Numbered from the stretch's first letter, positions 25,872-41,136 are shown. The stretch: 64,000 nt of DNA from Geosiphon pyriformis uo1 (GCA_016748015.1 JAAOMT010000699.1:186001-250000), one strand, 5' to 3'. Made by a program: numbers and translations. The notes: a model not told the origin generated them from the letters alone.

Positions 25872-28800
25872 TTCTTCGTTATTTTTTGGCGGGATCGAAC
25901 CAAATTGGAAAATGTTCAAGACGGAAACGAGAAAACTATGCAAATAAAAAAACATTCAAAGCTCTTTTTAATAAGTCGTCATTATATATATGCATCAAAA
26001 AATTTGATCAACTTTAACCAATATGTCCCAAGTATGATCGATCTATCCTTACTGAAATTGAAAGTGTAACGGGCAAACTACACCAATTGCAATAATTTGA
26101 CAGCTGTACGTCCCAATGCTAACCTTATAGGGTCTGAGAATCTGGAATTCAAAAATTTCGTCATGGAAATTGACTATTAAAAAAACGTGGTTTGAATATT
26201 ATACCGGGTTGGATCTTGCTTAACAAGAGAAATGGTGTGAGGAATTTTTAGTTCTGAAAATTGCAATCTCGAGTCATATATTTCGCTATCATTGATCATC
26301 TTTGACTGAAAGGAAAAGTATAATTGAAAGGATCATACTGATTCAATTTCTTCGTCATTGTTTGTGAATCCTCAATCAAATACGTATGTATAACGTACCT
26401 CAAATAAATTAATTGATAACAATTTTCGTGAACGCAGTTAAGGGAATGCTGTGCATTGATTTAGGAAAAATTTTTTAAGTGATGCTATTCAAGATATCTT
26501 GTATAAAAACTACAATAGGGGGTCCTTATGAATTTGCTTCTTTGGGAAAATCCTTGTGTTGCCGAAGTCTTACAATTAAACAGCTAAAAGAAGATTTTCA
26601 AGTCCCAATAAAATCCCATATAAGGATATCTTAAATGTATACCATCCATGCGTACGTTATTAGCTCCGTTATTTCTCGGCTATCTCTCTGTTAGTTGGAA
26701 TATTAAGGATGATTTTTTAGAATACGATAAATTAGAGGTAGGACTATTTTACTTAAAATTAAAGGAAGAAATCCACCAATAATGGTTGTTATAGATTAAA
26801 TTATAGAAAAATCTAAGCTTTTCTATCAGCTATGTATCAAAGCACTTCCAAAGATTGTGTGTGATAACTAAAAAAAATAATTTATAAAAGCCTTAAAATA
26901 AATAAATCAAAGTTTAATAGCAAAATAGGCTCTCATTATACTCATCCTACTTATGTTATATGTATTTTTTATCAGTAAGTCTAACCCGACAATTGTTTTA
27001 ATAATGTGTTAATCTAATTTTTCTAGCAAAATGCATATTAAACTTTTAGTCTGAGGGGATTTTCACAAATTTAAAGGGAAGGTTCAAAGATCAAGAATGC
27101 CGATATATAAGCAAAATAAATTAGAGATAATACATGCTCTCTAATTTGGTTTTAAGAGAAATTTTGACCACAGAAAACAAATGCTAAATTCTTTTGACGA
27201 TATCAAAATTCAGAATACATTTAACCAAATCTAAAATTTGCACGTTCAGGACCATAGCCAACAGTTTTTTGTTCCAGAAATAATGAATTTGATGTATAAT
27301 TTAAAAAATCTCAATTTTTAATTAATAAAATTCGTTTGGGCTGGTAATATTAAAAGCCACATGGCGCTATATTTTAAACGAAAAAGCATATGGAATTTAA
27401 CATAGATAAAAAGAATTATTTTATATTGATTTATTGCTATTAAATATAAATTTGTCTTGATTAGAAATTATGTTTTTTAAAAGAAACTTTGAAATTTGAT
27501 AGCTATAAAACTTTTTATAATACATAGAATGAATAGATTATTATAAAGAATTTTATTTCTTTAATAGTAAAACAGTTAATTTAAGAATTGTTAAAACTTA
27601 ATAAACATGACATCACAAATTATATAGACCAGATTTATCTAAAAATAAGCCAACTATTGTTTTTTTTTACTACATCATGAATATGAGAAAAGACTAAATT
27701 GTTAAAGCAAAAGGAACAATAATTTATGATTCAAGAAAAACAAAACACATTGCATTATTGCAATGTGTTTTGGTTACAGAAAAAAATTATAATAATGCTA
27801 TAAATAAGTTTCTTAAAGCAAAATTTACTAAACCATTAACCAAATAAATTGATTAATGGTTTTGCTTATATTATTTTTAAAAAATTTATCAAGAAAACTA
27901 TTGCATAATTAACTGCTTTTTTTATATTCAAAAAAATGTGAATTAATTATAAAAAATATCGCACTAAACGATTAAAAGATGTATTTCTTGTTTTAAACCT
28001 CTTATTTTGATTAAAGATGCATTTCAATAAGTTGCAATTCCAAATTATATAAACATAATAAACTGCATTTTATGCAATGATTATTTGTCATATTTGCAAA
28101 TTCCTTTTTGTTTTCAATATTAATGTTGTCAAAAGACTTAGTTGATGTTTTAAACCCAAAAATTAATTTGTGCAATATTGAAAAGGCAAAATAAAATAAT
28201 AATCCATGCTTAATTAATTTTAGCAAAAAAACAAATATTTGATATACAATATAAATAAAAATTTTTGGTTCTTTTTTTATTATTTTTTAAAAAAAAATTT
28301 TGTACTATAACATTGGTTCTTTAGTTTCTATTCACAATTGTGATTCTAAATGTATTAAAAAAAAGCTTTTTTTGAAAAGGTTAATTACAAATATATTACA
28401 TGTTCAAATTTTTTAAAAACGTTTTATCAAGTTTTTTGAAACCAACTATTTTCAATTTTATATACGAAAAATGCCATATTAATATTTTTTTACTTCATAA
28501 AATTATTAAAAAATAAACTGGTTATCACAGAATTCAAATTTTAATTGAATGAGACAATTTTACCAAGTAACACTTAAACTTAAAAATTATTTAATATTGA
28601 ATGCTTTTGTAGAAAAATACTTGAATAATATATTTTTAAATATTAAAAGTTTTATTCAAAAATATGTTATTATGGATTAAAGTTTGTATTACTACTGAAA
28701 AAAGTCTCATAAAGCATTAATATTAAATAAAGTTAACAATATATTATTGCAAATACATATTTATTATTTAAAAAATTGTAATAATTTGTTCATTTGTCTA

Positions 28801-28899
28801 TATATCTATTTAATTTATTTATCATTTTGTATATCTACTTTTGATTTTTTAATATATTATTTACTTAAAAGACAATATTAATAAATTAAATGCAAAAAT

Positions 28900-29210
28900 C
28901 AGTTTCAGTGCTATTTTATCTGATTTGCAAAAAATTTTATTAATTAAACTTGAGAACAAAATTAGTCCTTATTTTTATTAGAATTTTTATTTATTTTTGA
29001 TTGTTTTAGATTGTTGTTTTGCTGTAAAAAATTTACTTTTGAAAATTAGTTATAATATTTTTTCAATTCTACAAATATTTTCAATATTATTGGTTGTCAA
29101 ACAACACCAAATAATTATTGAATCATCTTCAAATTTGACTTTTAGCCTAATATGCTTATTTAAAGTGGGCCAAGTTTTTTCTGTGCAAATTAATCATTTT
29201 TCCTAAAACA
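28900..29210 (-). mobile_element. Highly decayed Tc1-like transposase fragment
   Basis: Minus strand reads KVKFEDDSIIIWCCLT, resembling Tc1 VKxGGGSxMVWGCF after G>A decay. Confidence 0.4.
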
Positions 29211-29972
29211 TGGCATATGCTTTCAACAAAAATATTTATTCCTTTATTATTTTTTTGACTTGAGCAGTAGGTGAATATTTTCCAGATTGAATTAATGAAA
29301 TAGCATATAATTCATATTGACCCGAAATAAGCGTACAACCAAAGATATGCTTAGATTTTCTTGCGCAGAAACTTGTCGGTTCAAATGTTCCTCTTTGTAA
29401 AGATTATAAATGCGAGGCATTTTTTATTTAAAATTTATTTATTAGTACCCAGGTTATAATTTAGTGATAAGCATTTATACTTAACCTTTAGTTCCAAAAT
29501 CTTGTTCGAAATTAAAAAAATGATTAGTGAGGCTTTAATGACGTGGGATGAATGATATAGTGGTTGACTTATCAATAATATTAACGAGATATTTATATCA
29601 AGAATTGCGTATTAGGAACAAGTACAGTTATTGAAGAAATTTATTGCTTGAGAAGCCATTTGTCATTTAAAAACTTCTTACAGCTACACTTTTGAAACTT
29701 CTTATGAAATATTCTAAAACCATTTTTTTCTGCAGGTAACTCCGAGTTTAGCATTCTAATCTGAAGATGATTTTTTTGCTATATTTGTACCCAGAGATTT
29801 TCCAGTCAATATGATCAATCAAACTCTTTCGTCACAACTCCTTGATGATAAGAGTCAATTATGGTATCTGATAATGAGCAATAAACTTGTCATTAATTTT
29901 CAAATTGTTAAATTTTAATATTAAAATTAAGCGTCCACCCTAGACTATTCTAACCATCCACGTAGCATTTCA

Positions 29973-31373
29973 ATGTGCAACTTTCTAAAAAGAATTTTTT
30001 GGATGGCAACTTTCCAGCAATTCTATTATCGAGAGATAATACCTATGTGCTGGATTTCAGGCGTCTCAATTAGCTACGCTGAAAGTATTGCTACAAATGA
30101 CACTTTTCCCAATTTCCTGTTCAATAAATCAATAAACAGCAAAAATATTACTACGGTAGTCAAGTATGAAACCCAAATTATGAACAATTCTTTCCTATTA
30201 ACTATACCAAAGGCAAAGGAAAAATCAATTCACTACCAAAAACGAGAGAGCCAAGCTTCTTTGAAACCGGATAAAATTCTCCTACCAAATGGACACCGGG
30301 AAAAAATTCTTATTGAAAATAATAGTGAAATGGCAAAATATGCTTCGTGCCTAAATCCGAAAAATTCAAAAATCAAAGTGCTCACCAATCAGTTTTATGG
30401 TAATTTGTATTTTATAAATTTTAATATCATCAATAAAGTTTTTTTAGTCTTAAAATTTTTACACATACATACATAGTAAATATATTCACCTTGAAAGAAG
30501 AGCGAAGTATCCAAGTTTTATTCAGAGGAAAGGAGTTAGATTTCCGTATTTTAAAACAAAAACGTACCATGAAATCTTATCAGTATGTGGAAGATGCAAT
30601 GGTTGATACCGAGTTTTATACGGAATTTCAAAAAGGATGGCCCAAATTAGCAAAATTATTTCTAAACAAAAGGAAATTATCATTTTCGGAATTTGAGTAT
30701 AAATTTATTGGCCATGGAATTGGTGGTGGTGAGTAGTTAAATATTTTGATATTTGAAAGTTAAAGTTTTTCAAGTTAATAGTTCTAATTAGTGTCTAAAA
30801 TTTACCATAGTCTATGCAATTTTAGCAGCCCTCAATTTCCTCGATATGAATCAAACAGACGGCTATAAATATAATGCTACTATCTTCACATTCGGCCAAC
30901 CACGTATTGGCAATTCACAATTCGCCAACTATGTACATCAAAAATTAAATGGTCGTGTATACCGTGTGACAAATTATAATGATTGGGTACCCAAATTTCC
31001 GAAATTCACATCCAAGCACCCATACCTCCACCATACACGAGAATATTGGTTTGGCCAGTTAGATTGTGATTGCATATTATCTTCGACGATAACTTATCTA
31101 GATAAGCCATTATATAGGTGCCCTGTTCCGATTAAAAAAAAAAGTGGGATGCGAATGGAGTCACCGGTATGTAGATGGAATTAAAGTAATTAGTGACTCT
31201 AAGTTGATTATTTTTTAAAAATCTTAAAATGCTGAATTAAATTTAAATTTTAGTTTTGCAACGCAGCTGTTGAGTCAAATGATTTAGAATCAGCTCATAA
31301 AGCACACCTTGGACCATATTTCAAGAACTTAATGGTTAATTGCCCTCCCATGGAATCATATTACAATATTTAA
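29973..31373 (+). CDS. Class-3 lipase-fold protein, copy C (GHGIGG; close paralogue of copy A), 4 exons
   Basis: Exons 29973-30399, 30477-30728, 30811-31166 and 31254-31373. Same intron positions and motifs as copy A (FRGK, GHGIGG, TFGQPRIGN, NYNDWVP, HLGPYF). Confidence 0.9.
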
Positions 31374-34300
31374 ATGAAAAAATTAACTAATAATTGGATG
31401 GATTGATTGAGCCTTTTTAAAAAGACAATAGAATTTGTTCAAGATTCTAGGGTTAAATATTACGGTCTGTTGCAAATACTTTTGCATTTGAATAATTTAT
31501 TATCATTATTATCATTATTATTATTATTGTCACAAATGAGAAGTTTTATTAAGAAAAACTGACAAAGTTTTGGTTAGAAATCAGGAATAAACAATATTAA
31601 GAATATTAAATTTGTTCAAATTGACTTTAATTATAGTTTATCAATGCAACAATTAAAATGGGTGGTTTTTAGATTAACAGATTGTTGTCATTATAAGATT
31701 TTTTATACAAAAAAATTACAAATATGAATTTTTTACTTTTCAACTTAACTGTTTTATTAAATTTTTTTGCATGTAAACAAAAATTTTCTAGTTTTTGTTA
31801 TGTTTACATTTTCGATTTATTTAGTCCGAAAATCTTTAATAGCTATTTATTGTTAAAAATTAGATCAAAAAGCTAACAGATATCAGAAGTTAAAAAAATT
31901 AAAATAATATAATTTTAACTAAAAAATTATAACAATAGAGCAAATTAAATGTGTAAATATTCATGTAATGTAATTAGTTTCAAATTACAGTGGGTAATTT
32001 TTTTTTAAAAATTTGTAAATAAAAAAATAGTCTATGATTGATATTTTTTACAGCATTAAATATTCTTATTTATATTTAATAATATTAATTTTACCAACAT
32101 AAAAGACAAAAATAATTGCACTTATTAATTGAATTTTTTAATTACAATAATATTATATATAAAAAAGCTTATTGTATAAGTCTAAGTTTTTCTTATTTTT
32201 TGTTTCAATAGATTCATTATTTTAATAATTTAAAAAAAAACCAAAAATAATTTAACAAAAAAACATATTTAAGGTGCAAACAATTTAATTAATATAAGTA
32301 GTTTCAAAATATGGTTATTAATATTTTAAAAAAATTGTAATTGTTAATAAAAAATAACACATTGTTATAATTTTATGCTTTATTCAATGCTTATAAAATT
32401 TAAATAGTAGATTATTAATAAAATATTAAACTAATTTTAGTGAATTCAAATAAAATATATAGAGCTAATTTTAATATAATAGTAAAAACCATTAAAAATA
32501 TAATTGTGAATTTATGACTAAATAATTTTTTTATTGCTAAATTTTTTTAAAACTGTGAAAAATTTTGTTTATATAGCTAATAAAAAACAAATAATCAAGT
32601 TAACCATTTGGTCAAAAATTAGAGCATTAATTGAGTAATAAATCAAGTCATTAATAAGATCAATAATCAAATTAATAACTAATTACAAAAATAAAATAGC
32701 AAAATATATAATATTATTAATTTTATCAATCTATTTGTACAATTTAATTTGTCTTTTATATAAGAGCTTTAATATTACTACAACTAGAAATGTTTATTTG
32801 CTTTTGGTTTTTTATATAAATTCAAAATTTTGTTTTTTCAATAAATAAAATTAGAAAACAAAATAAATTATATTTTTTGGGTTTTAATAACATGTTAAAT
32901 GATATTATTTTTTTTAGAAATTTTTTTATACAATTAAGTTATTTCTGATTAATTTTAATTTTTGTTCTTTTATTGAGTTTTTCTGCTTAAGTGTAAAGAT
33001 TTAAAATTTAAACAGTTTATTTTTATTTTTCTGGTATTAAACTAATTGGGTTACCAATTTTTGGAATAGATAAAACAGATTTTGTGTTTTTCGCTAAAAA
33101 AATTGCAACAATATTTGGCATTAAAACCATACTCATTATTATTTTAAAGTTTGTTATAAAACAAAATTTGGCTATAAAAACAAAAGTAAAAAAAGAAACT
33201 ACATATTTGGTCTGATTTGTAAATATCATATTTACAAAATTACAATTAATTAATATACCAAAGAAAAAATGTTTGCAATAAAAAATTGTAATATATTTAA
33301 AAAAATTTTGAGAAATTTTAAAAAAAAATGTATATACCAAACTGGCATTATTTTTTACCATTCTAAAATAATTTATTAATTGACAATCATTTTTATAAAT
33401 AAAAAAATATTATAATAAGTCAAATTAGATATGTTTAAAAAGAAAACACAATTTTTAAAACGAACATAAAAAGTCTTTTTGAGCTATATTTATTGGTATT
33501 TTTAAAAAATTATTGAAAAAAAAATAGAATTTTCATTAGTTGACATTCTTATAAATATAAAATTTTAACATTGTTTCAACAATAATTACATTAAAAAATT
33601 CTTAAATTAATAGAAACTGGTATTCAAACAAAATAATATTTTTTTGAAACTGAGTTGTATTAATATTTTTGTTAAAAAAATAATCAAATAAATTAATATG
33701 TATCTAGTGTATCATTTTTAACGAATAAATTTGCAATTTTAGTAGTGTATTTTGATTAAAAGTTTTATTGTTTCAAAGATCATTAATTTTTTGGATTTTA
33801 TAATTAACTGAAAATTGTTCAAACACTATAGAACAAATTTTTTATTGTTTACTGATCAAGCAACTCGAAAAAAACCCAAATACACTATTTTTTTCATCTA
33901 AATATTAAAATAATGATAAAACAAATTTGAAGGTTAAAAAATTGGCAATTGATATATTACAATATTGGAATATTTTAAATCGACATTTAATGTTGAACAA
34001 TAATTATTATTTGTGTAAACTAAAAAACTATTGTTTTGACATGAATTATTATATATTCCAAATATATTTGAAACTTTGATTTTTTTAAGACTTTTATAAT
34101 TAAAAGTTATTAAATATTAAATATATTAAAACACTATTCGTGGTAGTCTTATTATTGACAAAACCAAAATGTCACAACACTAACTTTATGGATTACGACA
34201 AATTTTAACAAATTTTAATTAAATTTTTGCAACAAATATCATAAAATTTATTATTAGCCTCTTTTTATTTAATAGATTTAAATTTATTCTTATTATTGTT

Positions 34301-36031
34301 ACAAGTCAAAAATAACATGTTGACAGATAGCAAATAAAAAAATAACTAAAAAAATCTTATCAAAAGAGCAAATTGAATATGTAAGTAATTCAATAAATGT
34401 GATCAATCTTAAAATTGCAGTTGTTTATATTTTCAAAAAGAATATGAAAGTTGAGAAATAATTTGTAATTTCCTATAAAAGATAACAAAAAATCTATAAT
34501 TCTATGTATTAGTTGGAATTTTTAAAATTCAATGTTTTATAACAATAGTTTATTTAATAAGTTAAAAAAGCAAGTCTTTTACCTTTTAAACTAAATTTAA
34601 CTAATACAAATCAAAAAAGAGAAAAAAGATATAAAGTTAATTTTGACCTAAAAGTAAAAAATTTTCAAAATATAATTGTATTTCTACTGTCGATATTGAA
34701 ATAAAATCAGATAATTTTTTTACAGCTGGAGGGTCTTGCTTATATAGTTAATAAGAAGAGATAAACAATCAAGTTGACAATTAAGTCAATAATTTGGACA
34801 ATAATCAAGTTAACAACTAATTCTAAAAATAAAATGGATAAATATGTAAAATCAGTGATTAATACATAATTGATAACTTTTTTAAAAAAATATTTTTATT
34901 TTGTTTTATTAAAATAGTAAATTATGTAAAATTTTTGATATAAAGTATGATGGTTTAATAATTAGTTTTAATAAAAGTGGTTAAAAGTGACAAATAACAT
35001 CATTAATGTTCTATTGAATGTTTATTACAAAATAGATTAAATATAAAAATTTAATAAAAAAATATTATTATCATTTTTGTACTATTTAATAAACGTTCTA
35101 AAAGTTTAATTTTTTATATTTTTGAATTATTGTCTTGTTAAAGTTATTTATTTTTTTAATTAATTTAGAAATTTCAGGAGAAATTAATATCAAAAATTTC
35201 TGGCTAATCTTTTGAAATTATACAAATAGGCCAATTTTTATATTATTACTTTAATAAAACGTTTTCTTTTTGATTCTAATTCGGCTACGGAGGTTGTCTC
35301 CTGTTAAACATCATTTATGAAAGTGCTGACAGTACGAGGCGAATCATTAAAACGTAATACCAAGCAATAAAAAAGTGCCAATCGTATAAGTCATTGTCGA
35401 ATCGTTTTTATCTCTCGTACTTTCCATTTGTCAACACAAGATAAAGATTTTAGTTTCTTAAAAAAAGAAATTCTTTGTGTTATCTCATACAATCTAGATA
35501 TATCACCTGTTTAATTCAAACCCATTCAAGAATTTACTTTTAAATAATGTTAAATTTAGTAAATTAGACATATTTTCTTTTATTTCTCAACAATAAATAA
35601 ACAAATGACAAATAAATAAATTTTACTTTTATTACCTTTTTGATTAAATTATTTTTCGATACACCAAAAACTAGACTATGAATAAACTCTAACCGATCCG
35701 AAAATAGAAACGGATAAACATTTCAATGCATATGTGGCTTTTTTCAAAAGGTTCAATTTTTTCAAATTTTGATACTGCATATGAATAATAACTATATATC
35801 ACAATAAATAAATGAATGAATGTCTTATTCACATGATTTTTTATTTTATTTTCAACTTTCGTTTGTAAAAAAATCTCAAAACTATAATTAAATTATTATA
35901 TGGTATTTTATACAAAAAACAATGTAATAGAAACTAAAATTATAAAGCTGTCAAAATATATTTCGCAATTGAGAAGCTATATAAGTATGCACATTTCTTT
36001 TATTCACAAGGATCCTCTATATTTTTAAATA

Positions 36032-37994
36032 TTAATCCCTCACTTTTATAGGAATCAGCCCATGGTCAAGTACTCCAATACTTGTATGAGGTTTCTCCAG
36101 AGTTTCTAAAGCATCACGATCATCTCGAAACGGACTTTGAGCATAACGATGATGTTCTACAGACATTGAAGATACTTCGTTAGAACCCCCAAAACTAGAA
36201 AATGCCATTAATCCAGTTGAGCCTCCTGAGACTGCTGCTGCTTCAATTTTTGCGGGCTCATCGGCTGGTCTCTTTTTTGGGCCACGCATTCGTTCGTTTA
36301 AGATAAATGCTATGGAGTTACCGATACAACCAAAGTTTAGGCCTGATTAAGGATAATTTTTGAAAGAGTGGGGAGCGGGGGGGGGGGATTGTGAAGATTT
36401 AATTAGTATTTTAATTAGGAAATTATAATTTCTCACGAAAAAGGTATCAAATTAATTTAAAGTTACCAATCAAAACCGTTACGTAACTCCAAGTTCCTGT
36501 TTTCTATAAAAAAAAAAAGATAGATTATAATGTGAGCTTTTCTTAAATAATCCAAATTCAATGCTTGAATCGTTCATAAAAATCAACCTTCAGAATAGCG
36601 CCAATAACATATATCGTGACAGGAACCTAAGATATGAATTAAAAGAGTTTGAAATGGCGTATTAAAATTTCTTCCATCCACAATTATTCCACTTCACATA
36701 ACATTGAAATTGAAAGCTTTACTCACCCACTGTAATAAAAAAACCAACAAAAAACTTGTTATTTTTCGTGTAATTCGATCTTCAACAGTATAATCACGAT
36801 GAGTTTCTTGACTGTTGACAGGTGCTTTTCGATGTCTTGACAAGGTGATTAAAATGGAGACGAAACAAAATAGTGTTACAATTTTTGTGAGTGATGATGT
36901 GGTTAGAGAAACTAGAGTTGCAACTGGGTCTTTATTTCGGGTTGAACACCTAATTTTTAAAAAATTCAAAATTCAATTATTTTCTATAATCACAATTATA
37001 AATTGTAATAGCAAGGGATCTTATTATACCAATATTTTTGAGGACCAAAATCATTTTTCAGGTATGGTACGATCATTGTTCCAATGGTCAATATTGTAAT
37101 GATTAGAAGTAATTTATAATCAAATCTACCAAATCCATAATTCTTTTTTAAACAGACTGATAATTGCAAATTTGAAAGGTTAGAATAATTTCAAAGATCC
37201 AAATTCTTTTCTCTTCAAGGAATAGTTATATCTTACCTTTTAAATAAGTAAAGAGAGCAATAACAACATATAAATAACTATTAAAACAAATAGTAGCTTG
37301 TTGAGCTCCTCCAATTATAGAACAATAAGGATTTTTCCAGACTTGACCGTAATGAGCTGTGTGTATCTTTTATTTTAATGAATAATTTAATCAAAAGTGA
37401 TTGATTGATTGATTGATTGAGTAAGTGAGTGAGTGAGTGAGTGAGTGAGTGAGTGAGTGAGTGAGTGAGTGAGTGATTGAAACAATTAATAATATTTAAG
37501 TAGGGTAAATGGTGAAAGAATTTTCAAAAAATTACCAAATTAAAGTAGCTAGTTGTTATGATTAACATATCTATATTTTTCAATAAGAAAAAAAAACAAT
37601 ATTAATTCAACACATTTTTGCACATTAAAAATTAATTCGTCCACTTTCTACCTGTAAGAGCAGTATAAAGTGGTAATCGATATGCCATAGCAAGTACACC
37701 CCATTTATTGGATTTCCACTTTATAAAAACACTTGTCAATAGAAAAATACATCCAAGCGTATTCATTGCCATCCCAACACAAGCTACCGCTAACACAATA
37801 TAGAAGTCGTTATTCCCATTAACGAAGGGAGGGTTATACGGGTCTATTTCGGTCGTTTTATTTGAAGTTACTACAGCAATATTGGAGGTAGAGATGTTAT
37901 TTTGAAAAGAATAAACATCAAGGTTTGGTTGTTGTGTGAATGAAATATTGAAAACTGGGGCTTCGTAAAAAAAGGGGATATTCGTAAATGACAT
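36032..37994 (-). CDS. Seven-transmembrane GPCR-like receptor (cAMP-receptor/Git3-like fungal class), 8 exons
   Basis: In-phase splicing across three micro-exons gives TM1 FYIVLAVACVGMAMNTLGCIFLL, YRLPLYTALTD, ECL1 Cys (NPYCSIIG), KYWC in ECL2, ITSFLLVFLLQWVP, and GLNFGCIGNSIAFILNE. N-terminus has N-glycosylation sequons. Confidence 0.82.
37399..37479. repeat. Compound (GATT)n(GAGT)n microsatellite in a GPCR intron
   Basis: Direct tetranucleotide runs. Confidence 0.92.
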
Positions 37995-40900
37995 TTTAAA
38001 GTCTTTATTTTCGAGAATAATCCCGTGAACAAAAAAATTAATTAATTTTAGGAAAAGATTTTAAAATTAAAACTCAATAAATATGTCTTTTTTGTAATAT
38101 AATAGAGCAATTTGCTCGTGACGATATAAACAAAAATATAAATACTTAAGAAAAACAAGTATACATTCAAAAAGTGGAATAAAGAATCAACAAAAGCAAA
38201 TGACAGGAAATAGTTTTCAAAGGTAAGGTTTTTAATTTCGAATGATTTTATTTATTTTCCTTGCCATCCAAAAATAACATACATTTCGACATGATGAGAC
38301 GACTTTATTGAAATTTTTCTCATAAAATTTTTCTTTTTGTGGATTCAAATAAATTATGTAATCTTGACATTTTTTTTCATATTCTTGATCGTGAGATGTA
38401 TGATAAGAAATTTGCAATAATTAGGTTACCCTTTTTTTTTATCAAAAATAATTTTTGTAAGAAATGCTAACTTTTTGACAATTTGAAATTTTTTTTTGTA
38501 ACAACGATGAATACCCTTTTCTAGAAATGATATTCGATGGCTATAATGATTTCTACATGTAATTGGGGAAGCAAGTGTAACTCAATTCGTTATCTATAAC
38601 ATTATGTACTCTACCTTATTTTCAAATTATAAAATTGTTATCTTTGGATATTTGAATAATGGTTATCAAACTATTTGTATTATTCTAGAAAAAAATAAAT
38701 GTATTAATAATAAATAGCTTTTATTGAAGAAAGTTTTATCTTTTATTAAATTGATTAAGCTGTGTAAAAAAAGATTAACGAATGAAAATAATTAATTTTA
38801 TTCGTGAAGTTTGTATGGTGTTTATTATGAAAAATAATCTAATATATAAGAAATTTCAGCTTACTTATCATTGCAGCAGCAGCAGCAGCATTATATTCTA
38901 CAAAAATCGTCCATATATTTGTTATTTTGTTTTAGTAATACAATTAAACGAAATTAATTTCCTACCAATAACAAAAACATCACATCAAATCTCAAATTTA
39001 TCTCCGTCTTCAATTCCCTGTGAGTTTGTGACGAGGAAAATCAAATTTATTCAGAGTTATAAAAGTGATAAATTTTAAAAGTTCAAGTCGAGATAAATGT
39101 CAACGTATTTTTATGTAACAAGAAATGGATTTTATAATATTTCACAACTAACAAATATTTCATATTTATCAATTTTTTATCTTTTATTAATTGATTAAAA
39201 TTTTATCAATAAAATAACGATAAATAAATAACCAAAAATTGTAGTTCTATATATATTTTTTATAAATGACAATGAGAAACATTATTACAAAGGATTTTCA
39301 ACCGAAAGTTCGACGAATCTATTAATATATATCAATCTAATAATGAAAATATTTATAACATAAAACTTTTCAAATGCCTCCTTAAAAAAATAAGAAACCA
39401 TTTTATTGACAAATCGGAGAGATTTTTAATAGTACGCTGACTATCTCTTTTGCCTTTAACTGACTGACAATTATTTTTGTCTTTATTTCTTCAAGATTTT
39501 TTATAGAATCAAAAATCTTGGCATATCTTGATATACTGTATCTCTTGTTTGACTTTTCGGAGGAATAATTTAATCGACTGAATGAAGAGCCGTATTGAAT
39601 CGTTGATCAACCTTTTTAATCAAAAATTTAATCCCGAGCGATGATTAAAAATGTATATTATGAATAAAACACGCTTTGCCAAATAAATGTACTATACAGT
39701 AATAATCAATATTGAAATTATTTTATTACACATAAGAGATGAAAATAGTGATCCAATTGATGAAGAACATGGTAAATTTGAATAAAAATTTCTTGTTCGT
39801 TAATAAAGATTAAACTGGTTTTTTTCAAATATTTATTCTTAGATATTCATTTGTGCATGTGTAATAATCTTTTTATACTGAAATATAAATAAATTGATAT
39901 AACGAAATTACTAACTTCAAGAAACTTTGGATGGTAGTATAGGCATTATTACACCAATTTCCGAGAAATTTATAAACAAATGTAACACTCAGCTGGGCTA
40001 AATTCTAAGTCTTTCAGGTGGGGTTTCATTTATCTAACCCTTAAATGTTCAAAAACCAATAGGAAAATAAATCACTTTCCATTTCCAATATTGAATATAA
40101 ATCCTTTGTAATCAAACTAATACTAAGTGTAAAACATCTATTGGGATCGATATATAATAATAATGAACACTAAACTTATTTTAAAAATTCTTTGAATGTT
40201 TGAAAGGCTGTGTTTTAAGTAAACAGTCATGTTTTCAGATCCCATGTTACAACAGGGAGTACGCGTATTGGCTACGCCCGGTGGTTTTTCATTTTTTTTT
40301 ACATTATTCAGTCTATGGTGCAAACCATTTATAGTCATCAAATAATTTATATAATTTTAAATTGTATCTAGTCTTACAATTTTAATAATATTAAAAAACT
40401 AAACTGTAAATATGATAGATTAAGTTTTTCTCTTTCACATTTACGGTTTAATTTTTGAATTATATTATATTTTATAAAGTTATTAAAGTTTAAAATTAGC
40501 CACTTTTATTATTAATCTTTAATTTTCGGATGCCGATCAATCAGATTTAAGCCAATCAGCAATCATTAAAGTCACGTTACCACGTGATAAATCATCAAAG
40601 TATTATCATTTTCAAAAAGGCTTTCAATTAATATTAATCTAATCTTTAGATAATCACTTTTTTATAAAGATATAATATTTCTCGGCCTGCGTGTCTTCTG
40701 CTGATGACATGGCACCATTAACCATGAATATTCTATTCACACCACTATCATATTCAGTTGTTATTATCAAGACAGAAACTTAGATATCAATATTATTCAC
40801 ACCAAATGCCAAAAAAATCATAAAAATACTATGAGTGATTGTTGAAAAATTTGGGAATGTCATTTGTGCTTTATTTGTAATCTTGTGTTTCTCTCGATAA

Positions 40901-41136
40901 ACATCAAAAACAACTGGCTTTGGTGCTAAAAACAGCAAATTGAGACAAAAATTGGAATGACTGTAATATAATTGGCTGTTGGCCTAAGAGTAATACTATA
41001 AATGAAATGTTTAATATTAAAAGACATTGCAAAAGATTGATTACTCATTTCAATTCCTATATTTTAAAGCAAAGATATGGCTTAAAATTTATAAAAAAAT
41101 TAATATAATTAATTTTTTAATGAATAGACTTTGCAG

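Noticed and set aside
31700-35280. Probable decayed transposon block with a short internal duplication (~32660 and ~34798)
   Set aside because: No diagnostic motif or termini I can support; left unclassified.
40250-40290. tggctacgcccggtg, resembling a hAT-type TIR
   Set aside because: No partner end or target-site duplication found.
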